A stretch of 64,000 nt of DNA. Source: Octopus vulgaris (lineage: Eukaryota). The stretch covers positions 41,478,001-41,542,000 of the forward strand of contig OX597820.1 of NCBI GenBank assembly GCA_951406725.2, in the 5' to 3' direction. Of this stretch, positions 1 through 13,212 are shown one piece after another (within the stretch, counting starts at the first letter, position 1; every line of letters starts with the position of its first letter). A program made the position numbers and the translations under genes. The notes under the pieces were generated by a model. It made no database searches. It was not told where the DNA came from and saw nothing but the letters and a program-made list of their open reading frames with translations.

Positions 1-391
1 TCTTTCTTTCTCTCTATCCCTTTATAATCCTCTATGTTTCTTTTTCTCCCCCTCCTTTCTTACTTTCCTTCTCTCTTCCTTTCTTTCCCTTCTCCTCTCT
101 CTTGTCCCCCTTCCCCTCTTCCTGTTGATTACACGTGACTACAAGCCATATCCCCGTCTCTGTCTTTTTTGGACGAGATGGCCAGTCAGCTGGACGTAAT
201 TTCTCTCGCTGCTCGATATTTTTTTCTCTTCTATTTATTCTATATTCTTTCAAAATTTCTCCCAGGCGTTACCCATTACTATTCGTATTGTCCTAACAGC
301 CTTTAATGTCTGTCTTCATCGATTGTTTATTCTGTACGTCCACTCTGGTGTCGTTTGTTCGTTAGAAATAAATGTTATATTTTAAAATTTT

Positions 392-438
392 CTGAATGAA
401 GTTTTCCTTGTTTTATCGTTGAAAGCTCGAAACATGTA
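392..438 (+). ncRNA. Degenerate type I hammerhead-like motif
   Basis: CTGAATGA, then stem II agttttc/gaaagct, C-GAAA and palindromic ACATGT-A. The core has an extra base and stem I is not recoverable. Confidence 0.4.
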
Positions 439-579
439 GTAATAAACAGTCGACAACTGAGGAGGAGTTAGACTTCCTTTAGTATTTCGTCTTTACTTAT
501 CACTGTGTACTTACCACTCGTTGGTGATATCCTACACTTAATGTGTATTTTCAATTATATACATCTTTTTGTTTTTTGT

Positions 580-906
580 GGCACTCTGTCAGTTACGGCA
601 ATGAGTGTCCCAGTTGATCCGATCAATGGAACAGCCTATTCGTGATATTAACGTGCAAGCGGCTGAGCACTCCGCAGACACGTGTACCAATAACGTAGTT
701 ACACATGACACAAAGTTCTCAACAGAAACAGGAAAAAAAAAGTGAGAGAAAGTTGTAGTGAAAGGGAACTACAGCAGGGTTCGCCACCCACCCTGCTGGA
801 AACTCGTGGAGCTTTAGGTGTTTTTGCTTAATAAACACTCACAACGCCCAGTCTGGGAATCGAAACCGCGATCCTACAACCGAACTACTGGGCCATTGCA
901 TCTTCA
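580..906 (-). mobile_element. tRNA-derived SINE, family C (diverged copy)
   Basis: The reverse complement aligns by eye with 14691-15081 (gcaatggcccagt A box, ggtttcgattccc B box, gagtgctcagcc...ttccattgatcggatcaac 3' part), with internal deletions. Confidence 0.85.
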
Positions 907-916
907 ATATATATAT

Positions 917-1126
917 ATTAATAGTTATTGCCAAGCTAACTTGGCAGACAAGAAAAATAGGACGAATGCTGCTGTTGATTAGCTCCAAGAAGCCATCGCC
1001 TCTAGCTAGCTATGTGACACGCAAACCTCGAACAGGAGAGGTCATCAGCTTCCTCTTACTGGTTCAGACAACCACAGACTAGTTTCAGGGTATTTGCCCT
1101 TTATCAATGTGGAGTAGTCGAACCCA
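917..1126 (-). mobile_element. ~210-bp non-coding element between TA tracts carrying a hammerhead (PLE terminal-repeat/retrozyme-like)
   Basis: Complex sequence bounded by (TA)n on both sides. It contains the hammerhead at 1072-1112. Confidence 0.6.
1072..1112 (-). ncRNA. Minimal type I hammerhead ribozyme, U3-A8 variant
   Basis: Minus strand: ccaca TTGATAA aggg caaata ccct GAAA c ta g TC tgtgg. 5-bp stem I, 4-bp stem II, palindromic ACTAGT stem III, GUC cleavage triplet. Confidence 0.75.
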
Positions 1127-1140
1127 TATATATATATATA

Positions 1141-2444
1141 CTGGGAACGATGGGTAAATTTTCGCATTTTATATTTTTTATTTAGTGCTATTTGTTTTTC
1201 TTTTTGTCGACTACAGAGTAGAGTAGGATCAGTTGGGCACCGTTCATGAGAAAAATAGCACCATAACGTAATTTACTCTGCCAAAAATTTGGAAACGACA
1301 TGCTGTACTGCTTAACATTGGCGTCAGAAGCTCCAATACGAACATTTTAGTTTGAAGACAGTGCAGAGGATTCGGAAGGAGCTCGATGAATCTAATGAGG
1401 ATTACGAAAGTACGGCAGTTCGAAAATCTCACTCTGATCGTTCTGATAAGAAAAGAACTCCTGAATTTGTTGGTGAGATCCAGGCCATGATTCACAAAGA
1501 TCCCCACCCGCCCACTCACCCACCAAGTCAGTCATGTCCATTGCCAGGGACATGGGAGTGTTTGAGTTTCTTATCAGGGAGGTATTACATGAAGACATTA
1601 GGTATTCCTCATATAAGATTTCTATTAGGTATTCCTCATATAAGATTTCTATCTCAAGCCATCAAGGACAAGAGGTAAGACCGTGCTACGAAGTTTTTGA
1701 ACAAACATAAATATCCCTACCAAACGAACATGCTTTGGTCTCTCTCAGGTGAGAAAATTTTCTGCCAGGATCAGATGGCAAACATACACAACAACCATTG
1801 CCTTGCCGTGTACCCAAAACGTGTACCGAGAGTGGTAAAACCAAATATCCAGTCAACATCATGGTGCTTGGAGTGATCATCAGTGATGACGACGTTTTGC
1901 CTCCATTCATCTTCCCACACAGCCTCAGACACAATACGGAGGCCTATAAAAAGTGCCTGGAGGAGGTAGTGCTGTCCTGGGTCAAGATGGTGGCTGCTGG
2001 AAGGTCCTATGTCTGGCAACAGGACTCTGCACCATACCACACAAACAGGAGAATCCAATCATGGCTGTTAGAGAATTTCTGAGATCACATCACCCCTAAC
2101 ATCTGGCCACCTAACTCCCCAGACTGCAACCCCTTGGTTATTATGTGTGGGGCACAGTTGAGTGAGAGACCAACAAGACTCCTTGTAACACCAAAGATGA
2201 ACAGAAGGTAAAGAATATGGCAGCATTCACCAACTTAAACAAGGAGACGGTCCAGAGGAGTTGCAGGAGATTCCGAAGTCGTCTAGAGGCCGTGGCCGAA
2301 GCGAATGGCGATTTTACTGAATAAATTTACTCTTTAGTATTTCAAGATACTTTTATGTAATTTTGGTAAATATATTTGTTAAAATGAGATATCAGTGTTA
2401 TTTTCATTTTTGCATAATTTAGACAATTTATTCACTGCACCCGG
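1141..2444 (+). mobile_element. Decayed Tc1/mariner-superfamily DNA transposon, DD37D (maT) type
   Basis: Fragmented transposase: IMVLGVI...LPPFIF...VWQQDSAPYHT...IWPPNSPDCNPL-(D)-YYVWG...RFRSRLEAVAEANG. There are 37 residues between the 2nd and 3rd catalytic positions. TA-flanked degenerate TIRs (ctgggaacgatgggtaaattttc versus revcomp ccgggtgcagtgaataaattgtc). Stops and frameshifts are present. Confidence 0.9.
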
Positions 2445-2614
2445 TACATACACACACACACACACACGTGTGTATATATGTATGCACACACACGCAAACA
2501 CATGTGCATATATGTTGTTATATGTCTGTCTGTCTTCTGTCTGTCTGTCTGTATGTATGTATGTAGCACATATACTTGTGTTCGTGTGTGTGCGAGCGCA
2601 CTGGAAGAGAGTTT

Positions 2615-2657
<43 letters not shown>

Positions 2658-3065
2658 AAAGAGAGAGTGAGAGAGTGTTGGAGTGTTAGAAAGAGAGAAA
2701 GAAAGAGGTAGAAAGATAGAGAGTGATAGAAAAAAGAGAGAGAAAGAGAAAAAGAAAGAGAAAGAGAGAAAGCTAGAGAGAAATAAATATGGAGGAATTT
2801 AGTTACAGAAGCGTATTTGCGTGTTGTTTCACATACACACATATATATATATGGCTACGAATAATGTGTGAATTTGATGTGTTTGATTTATTATAGCTTT
2901 CTCGAGTTAATAGGGTGCTGCTTTACGAGTTGAAAGGCGGTGTTTTGTAACCTTTAACCAATGCTGCGTTGCTTCTTTGACCAAGGCACGTAACTCTTAC
3001 ATGACCCAGACCACCAGGCTCAAAAGAAGCACCATTGGGTGAAATAGCTACCCACCTCATCTACA

Positions 3066-3167
<102 letters not shown>

Positions 3168-3278
3168 ATTACACCGGTGTTTCATTTCTATGCATACGCT
3201 AAGATTTCAACTCACACCTTATAGATTACTTTTGGAAGGGATGGTTATCATCAACTTGTGTAGTTAGGGAGGCTTAAG

Positions 3279-3503
3279 GGCAGAAAAGTTAGCACGCCAG
3301 GCGAAATGCTTAGCGGTATTTCGTCTGCCGTTACGTTCTGAGTTCAAATTCCACCGAGGTCGACTTTGCATTTCATCCTTTCGGGGTGGATTAAATAAGT
3401 ACCAGTTACGCACTGGGGTCGATATAATCGACTTAATCCGTTTGTCTGTCCTTGTTTGTCCTCTCTGTGTTTAGCCCCTTGTGGGTAGTAAAGAAATAGG
3501 TAT
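3279..3503 (+). mobile_element. tRNA-derived SINE, family B (single monomer)
   Basis: Matches the first monomer of 62168-62563 (gagttcaaattcc B box, tttcatcctttcgggg core, ccgtttgtctgtccttgtttgtcc). Confidence 0.9.
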
Positions 3504-3830
3504 CTTCTGCTGCATCGCAACGAGACAGTAGCTATACAAAGCCTCATGGTCAACGTTCTGTACGGTCGTATGCAAGTATGCGCTGTGACATTTCAGATCT
3601 AGGGTACATATGTATATTTGCGTACTCGCATACCTATCTGTCTGGATGTAGAAGTGTCCATTTATAGTCGTATGAGGTTATACGTAAGTGTATGTTTGTG
3701 TGTATGCATAACATGTGTATGGTCGTATGAACGACTAGTTTTCTGAACGTATTCATCTGAACGTTCATGATGGCTATCTCAATGTGTGTGTAAATGAATG
3801 TACAACGTTTATATATATATATATATATAT

Positions 3831-4480
3831 AGGGGGAGGCTTTATGAAAATAAACAAAAGACGAAGGCAGGTGGAAAACAAACGAACAATTGTATTAGTA
3901 TGGCGCTCAGGAAATATAAATAAAACAAGTCTTTAACGTTTCGAGCCTACGCTCTTCAACAGAAAGATACACAGAGAGAGAAAAACACAGAAAGAAGGAG
4001 AGAAAAAAAATGCGTGCAGTAGCTAACGAATCAACATGGCGATCTGATTTCGGCCAGAGGTCAAAGATCAAACATGAGACGCGAGAGCGAAATAAGGGGA
4101 GATAATAGGGTTGATAAAAGGGTTGAGGGACCAGCTAAAAGTGCGTGGGAGGGGTCTGGATGTGTGTATGTATAGGGTTGGTGTATGTATTAGTATGTAT
4201 AAGGATGTGTGTGTGTGTGTGTGTGTGTGTATGAGAGAGTATTAGTGCGTAAGATTGGTCTGGACGTGCGTATGTATGGGGTTGGTGTATGTATTAGTAT
4301 GTATTAGTATGTATTAGTACGTATTGGTATGTATAGGTGTCTGTGTGTGTGTGTGAGAGAGTATATAAGTGCGTATGCGGGTCTGGACGTGTGTATGTAT
4401 AGGGTTGGTGTAAGTATTAGTATGTACTAGTATGTATTAGTACGTATTAGTATGTATTAGTTGGTGTGTGTATTAGTATG
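3831..4480 (-). mobile_element. Hammerhead-bearing PLE-like terminal repeat with upstream tandem repeats
   Basis: Homologous by eye to 36761-36870 and 52727-52918 and ends in (TA)n. Three ~110-120-bp ggtctggac/atgtgtgtatgtat units lie at 4150-4480. Confidence 0.65.
3930..3967 (-). ncRNA. Minimal type I hammerhead-like motif (CUGUUGA core)
   Basis: Minus strand: tcttt CTGTTGA a gagc gtag gctc GAAACGTT aaaga. Confidence 0.65.
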
Positions 4481-5364
4481 GCACATCATATGTGATGTGA
4501 TGTGTAAAGTCATGTGGTGTAGTGAGGAGAAGAGGGGGAGGGGGAGAAGAGGGGGAGAGAAGGGGAGGGGGAGAAGGGGGAGAGGAGAGGATGGGGGAGA
4601 AGGAAGGGGATTATATATATATATATATATATATATGTATACATGGGGTGGGGGAGAGGTTTGTGTTTGTATGCGAATGCGTATGTATGTAGGTGCGTGT
4701 ATATGGGTACACATTTACATATTCATACATACATATATATACGTATGTATATAAGGAACAGACCCACTCACACACACATACACAAACACGCACACACACG
4801 CATATATTTACATAGGTATACAGACATAAGCGTACAAGTACACACAAAAATATCTTATATACTGTCTATATATATAATACATAAATACATATGTGTACAT
4901 ACATACATATATATATATATGTGTGTGTGTTTATACAGACACGCATATATTTATGTATGTACACATATGTATGTTTACTCACACACATATATGCATGCAT
5001 ACACAGACACACACAAGATATATATGTATATTGGGAGAGTATGATGAAGTATTTATGTGTGTGGCGTGTGTGTGTGCCTCCGTGTATGTGTTAGTGTGTG
5101 TGTGTGTGTGTCCGTATGAGACTGTATTTAGAGTGTGATAGAGTGTTAAAAGAAGGAAAGCAGAGTAATGGCGGAGTGGGAGAAGAGATAAAAGAAAGAC
5201 TTAAATAGATGACGTAGATGAAAAAGGTGATGACTAAATGATGAATGTGTGTTCTTACACTCAAAATCACACGCACACGCTATTACGCATACACACATAA
5301 ATGCACACATATGTACACGACATACACGTCCGTGAATCTGTGTGCAAGCATGCGTACACATATA

Positions 5365-6642
<1,278 letters not shown>

Positions 6643-6719
6643 TTCATTATTGTTGTATGCATGCACACTCTACACAGACACACAAACATACACACACAGA
6701 CTCGCTCGCGCACACACAC

Positions 6720-6872
6720 ATAAGAGAGAGAGACAGAGAGACTGAGACAGGAAGCGAGAGATATTGCTGAGTAAGAGAGATGTTTAGAGGATAAGGGAGA
6801 TTCAGAGAGAGAAAGGGAGAGAGAACTAGAAACAGATAGGCACAGAGAAAAAGAGAGAGATGTCGGAGAAAG

Positions 6873-6929
<57 letters not shown>

Positions 6930-7430
6930 TAGAAACAGATAGGTAGAGAGAAAAAGAGAGATCGGGAGACGGTGTCAGAGAGGGAAAGAGAAGGAAAAAG
7001 GGATGTGAATAGATTGATTGATAGAGGGAGAGAGAGAGAGAAAGAGAGAGAAAGAGAAAGAGAGAGAGAAAGAGAGATTGGGAGACAGTGTCAGAGAGGG
7101 AAAGAGAAGGAGAAAGGGAGGTGAATAGATTGATTGATAGAGGGAGAGAGAAAGAGAAAGAGAGAGAAAGAGAAGGAGAGAGAGAGAAAGAGAGATAGAT
7201 AGATAGATAGAGAGAGATATAGATAGATAGATAGATAGAGAGAGATAGATATATACATAGAGAGAGAGAGAGAAAGAGATAGAGAGCAAGAGAGAGAAAG
7301 AGAAAGAGATAGAGAGAGAAAGAGAGATAGATAGATAGAGAGATAGATATATATATAGAGAGAGAGAAAGAGAGAGAGCAAGAGAGAGAGAGCAAGAGAG
7401 AGAGAGAGAGAGCAAGAGAGAGGGAGAGCA
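6720..7430. repeat. GA-rich low-complexity block with an internal ~120-bp duplication
   Basis: The tract gtgtcagagagggaaagagaagg...gtgaatagattgattgatagaggg occurs at ~6972 and again at ~7088. Confidence 0.9.
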
Positions 7431-7622
7431 AAGTTATGTGGAGCTAGTGAATGATCAGAAGATGAAAGCATACGAGAGAACAAACAGTGAACGTTAAGTT
7501 GGTAGTTGTCGGTATTTGAGTGGCGGCGGGCAAATATGTTTGTGGATAGGAGAGAGAGAGCATCTATGCGGCGAGTGTATGTGAATGTGTAGGTGTCTGT
7601 ATGATTGTGTATGTGTGTACAT

Positions 7623-7655
<33 letters not shown>

Positions 7656-7849
7656 GTGTCTCTTCGTGAATAATGTGGGTGTAAGTGGAGGTGTGTGTGT
7701 TTGTGTTTGTGGTTGTGTGTGTGTGTGTGTGTGTTGCCCGTTTGATTGATTAATGAACTCGCGGCTCTCACTTTAATGAAGTAAGGAAATCACGTGACAT
7801 CACAACAACGGCCGCTGTTGTGATTATAGCAATACTGATGACTCTGTGT

Positions 7850-8037
7850 CGTTGTTGTTGTCGTTGTTGTTTTGTTAGTTTGGGATGGTTGCGTTGATGG
7901 TGTTTGTGCTGCTGACGTAGGGAACGATTATAGTGGTGATGGCGGTGATGGCGGTGGTGGCGGTGGTTTCGGCGGCGGTGATGGTGAAGTGGTGGTGGTG
8001 GTGGTTTTGGCAGCAGTAGCAGCAGTAGTAGTAGTAT

Positions 8038-8086
<49 letters not shown>

Positions 8087-8102
8087 GGTGGTGGTGGTGG
8101 TG

Positions 8103-8140
<38 letters not shown>

Positions 8141-9780
8141 GGTGCTGTCGGTGGCAGTGCTGTATATAGTTGTGGAAGTGTCGGTGTTTATGGCGGCGAT
8201 GGTGGCGGTGGTATTGACAACGTGGGGGAGGTGGATATTTGGTGATGGTGATGGTGGTGGTGGTGGTGATAATAATGAAGATTGCGGTGATAGTGGTGGT
8301 GTCGGCGGTGGTGGAGGGGTTGCGGTGGCTATATTAATAGTTGGCTGATGGTAACGGTGAGGACTTGGCAAAAGACTCTGATGTCGATGACGTTTGTCAT
8401 AACATTGATGCTGCTGTTGATGGTTGTGGCGATGGTACTGCTGGTAGTGGCGGCGGCGGTGGTGTTTCTAATGGAGGCGATGAGGAGGAGGGGGGGTTGA
8501 TAGTGGTGTTGGGTGGAGGCGACAGCGTAGTTGTGTGGTAGAGTGGGGGTTGTGTCGTGAAAATTCTGATGATAATAAGAGAGTTATAGATCTGGTGGTA
8601 GTAATGTTGATGGCGACGATGGTGGTTATAATGGTTATGATGGTATTGGTGGTGGAGGAGGTGTTAGTGAAGTTGATGCTGATGGAATTGGTACTATTGG
8701 TGTTATTGGTATTACTTAGGGCAATGGTAACCGTACCGATAATAGTGGCGGCAACGGTGGTATATACTCGTAATTACAGTGGTGTTGATGGTAGTAGTGG
8801 TAGCGATAAAAGTGTACGTGGTAGTGGTGGTCAATGCGGTGGGACTGGTCGCTAGGTTGATGATGGTTTTAGTGGTGGCTGTTTTGGAGGAAGTTGTAGT
8901 GGTTGCGTCAGCAGTGGTCTAGTGTTGGTGACAGTGGTGGTTGTGGTTGTGGTGGTGTTGTTGTTGGCGGTGGTTGTAGTGGTGGTGGTTGTAGTGGTGG
9001 TGGTTGTAGTGGTGGTTCTGGTGTCGTAGTCTTAATGATGATGATGCCAGTGCCATTGGTATTAATTGTTGTACTGATAGCGATGTTAGTAGCGATGGCC
9101 ATGGCAGTGATGGAGGCAGAGACAGGGATTGCCGCGGTGTTGGTGGTGGTTGCGGTGGTTGTAGTGGTGGTGGTGAATCTAAAAGCACTAATGGAAAAAG
9201 CATTAGTAGTGACGGTTCTTGTAATGTCTATAAGGGCGTGGTAGTGAGACAAGGAAAGGAAGGGCGGGAGGCAGTTAGGTCATAATGTTTGACGATGGGT
9301 TGTTACGCGGATGGAGGATGTACTGGCATCGGTGGGAGTTTAATGACGGTAATGGCGGCGGAGGCGGTGGTGGTGGTGGTGGTGGTGGTGTTGGTCGTGG
9401 TGATACTGTAAGTGACGGTCGTATACACGGAAACGTTATTTGTTAACGATCATGTCAGGGCGGTAATATGATGATGATGATGATGACGATGGTGAGGAAG
9501 AGGAGGAGAGGAGGGAGTGGGGATTAGGGTGGTAGTGGGAGCAATGATGTTAGGGATAATTATGTTGATGACGACGACGACGACGATAATGATGATAATG
9601 ATGATGATGATGATGATGATTATGACGACGACGACGACGATGATGATGATAATGGTTGTAGCGAAGATAACGATGTTAGTGACGATAGATCTTGGTAATG
9701 ATAGAGAGAGAGAAATGTTTCTGTTATTGTGGTTGTTATTGCTGTATTGTTGCTGTTGTGGTTGCTGCTGCTGCTGATGT
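7850..9780. repeat. Degenerate GGT/GTA/GAT trinucleotide region
   Basis: Cryptic simple-sequence tract with frequent stops in all frames. Confidence 0.9.
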
Positions 9781-9931
9781 TTTTTAACCTTAGGCGATTT
9801 TAAATTTCCATATGGCTCCATTATCTAGCGGGGCCTTTTTCTCTTTTAACATGTAGAGCTCAGTTGTAGGACGATTTGGTAGCTTTGTCTAGCATATGAA
9901 ACGGCCGAAAAAGAGGTTCACTGTTTGGATC

Positions 9932-9995
9932 TAGTGGCATTGCTTTTTAATAGTGGCATTGCTTTTTAATAGTGGCATTGCTTTTTAATAGTGGC
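9932..9995. repeat. Tandem repeat, ~19-20-bp unit x3 (tagtggcattgctttttaa)
   Basis: Directly visible. Confidence 0.9.
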
Positions 9996-10297
9996 TGTGG
10001 TGTAAGATATCACTGGTGGTGTGGTCATCAGGAGCTTAAAATCTACTTTTTAATGCTATGAGCATAGTGATATGATTGTAGGGGTCAGTGTACTCGTGGT
10101 AGAGATTTTGTTTTGGTATCTAGCTCTCAATTCAGTCTTGATCAAGTAAGCCATTGATCAAAGGCATTCCGATCTGAACTTCTCGTCACGAAAGATGATA
10201 GCTAGCTAGCTAGATAGATAGATCTATCTACCTTTCAACTATCTTCCACCACAGTCTCTCTCTCTCTGTGCATATATATGTATACACACACATATAT

Positions 10298-11066
10298 GGT
10301 GGTTGTCTACTCCTTATACAGAGTTTGACCACCTCCTGTACCTACACCTTAGCCCCATCATGGCATCTGATGTGGCTTTTTAAACCAGACAATGTTCTGA
10401 AAAGACACCCTCATAGATTGCACCTCCGATTTGGACCACCAAGAGCTGCAGATGTTCTGTTCTTTGTGGATCTTAAAATGTCTTTTTAGGCCTCTTTTAG
10501 ATATGCAAACCTTCTGTATACGCTGCATTCAAAGGTGTGCACAGACATATAGGCAGAATAGTTGATGGAAATTCGTTTTCCATAGGTTCGCAGATGAGAT
10601 TTGAGCCCCAGCAAAAGACAGGCATAGTCTGTTACCGACTGTGCACACAAAAAAAAAGTCATTGTCGCTTAACTCCTCGACCGTTACATTTTTCCTTAGA
10701 TCTCTTTTGAGTCTTACATGTTTTATCCTGGCTTTTTCAAATGCTTTCACTCCATTCCACACTTTTGTTTCACCATCCAACTCCATCCGAAGCGAGGGTT
10801 TCTGTGTCCTCTGGATCCATTCCAAGTGACATCATAGTAATCCTTATGCCGTCCTTAAACCTTTTTTGTCAGGTCGCGCTTGAGTGTTGCTGGCAACATG
10901 TAATCCAGTACAACCTGTCGCGTGGTCGGGTCGTCGGCGACTAAACTGGCAACCCCACCAGGCTTGCTTGGTAAGGAGGGTGTTGTTGGACACCCTGCGG
11001 GACGAAAAATAAGACCCGTTAAAGGGCGGAGGGCTTCTTGAACAGTCAAAGGCCATCCAACAAAAA
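10298..11066 (-). mobile_element. Internally deleted RTE-clade LINE (5' UTR-like part fused to ORF C-terminus and 3' tail)
   Basis: Minus-strand translation QKRFKDGIR...WNGVKAFEKARIKHVRLKRDLRK followed by C2H2 motifs resembles RTE ORF ends. The segment 10870-11066 (gcctggtggggttgccagtttagtcgccgacgacc...caggttgtactggattacatgtt) resembles RTE 5' UTRs as I recall them. Confidence 0.7.
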
Positions 11067-11199
11067 TATCTGTAAGCATGTAGACATTTTTTGTTTTTTA
11101 TATGTATATATATATATATATTTACTTTGATATATAAATTATTTTATATTTTTCACTTGCATATCTTTTACTTTATATATATATATATATATATATATT

Positions 11200-12030
<831 letters not shown>

Positions 12031-13039
12031 TTACTTGGGTGATGCATGACACATATTTGGCTGCTACTTTTACCTGGCCGAGTGATTACTTATACATTCT
12101 CTCAGTGACTCCCTTGTAAAGGATGGTAATAATGATTCAAAGGTTCGAATGGTAGTGGATTGTCTGAGATTCAGGTTTCTGATTTGTTTCAAATAGTAAT
12201 GACATTTTTTAATGGTAGTGGTAGTCATAGAGGTAATTGTTGATGATTTTCTTGCCCGGCGATATTAATGACGTCGAAATCTTGCACTTGTGTTATTGAC
12301 CATTCATTGACGTACAACTAAAACTTTGTCACTTTATAATATATAATAGTATTTAAAAATTACAACAAACGTCAATATAAAGTATATATATGTGTGTTTA
12401 CAATGACTATCATAACCGTTTTGCAATATAAATGTTTCAAATTCGACATAAGATAATATTTTAAAATGTTATTCTAGGTTGACGCGTATACACAGCCGTC
12501 AGTTGTAAAAAATAAATATAATTGGCAGCTGTCCAACCATTGATGTAGTGGTGTCTGATGACCGATGAGTGGGGTTGGTCTATTAGGTATCTATGTTTAG
12601 GTGGTGGTATACTATTCACGGTGGCACAGACTTGATGACGGTGCTGTTGGTGGTGGTAATAATCCTACTGGGGTGGAGTTGGTCTTACGGAATTTGGGGC
12701 CGCCAGATGATGAATGGTATTATCTTTTAGCGTTTAGTCAACTTTCATGAGTGTCAAAGGGCGTCCAAAGGCAATTATGCCATGTGCAATGTGTTGCTTG
12801 TGGTCCCCACCTGACACTAGAGTACAGCTTCCTCTTCTCGTCAGAAATTCACAAAGCCCTTTCTTGGATCTCCGGGCCCGGACCGTTGTGCACCCTCTCA
12901 TAGACCCTGGCCATAATATTAGTTCTTGCAGAACAGTCACTATTATTAACATAGTTAATACATCATCATCATAACTACTGAAAACGCATATTCGCTTTTA
13001 CCGACGATGCTTATAATGTTTAAGAGATGAGGAATTATG

Positions 13040-13212
13040 TACGTTATTTACATTATTTACATTCGAAAAATACCTTAGGATTGAGAACCCAGGTTCGAAA
13101 TTTCCCTAAAACACTCGAAGAAGGCTGGAGGTTATATCAGCCTAAACGTTGTGTTAACAACAAACAAGATGAGGAAAAATATCCGTCGAATGTAAATAAT
13201 GTAAATAATGTA
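13040..13212 (+). mobile_element. Short element with 27-bp inverted ends enclosing a decayed hammerhead
   Basis: 13040-13066 is the reverse complement of 13186-13212 at 26/27 positions. Internal motif at 13110-13155: aacac tcgaaga a ggctg-N10-cagcc taaacgtt gtgtt. Confidence 0.7.

Noticed and set aside
1030-1049. Second CTGATGA on the minus strand followed by a cctc/gagg stem
   Set aside because: No GAAA or NUH follows the stem.
7872-9821. Poly-Thr/Val/Gly/Pro ORFs resembling mucin or Gly-rich proteins (also 15453-16569)
   Set aside because: Degenerate trinucleotide DNA with frequent stops and frame changes. No consistent coding strand.
10960-11066. Possible HDV-like ribozyme in the RTE leader
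   Set aside because: I could not build the P1/P2/P3 nested pseudoknot with a plausible L3. Only a simple long stem is supported.
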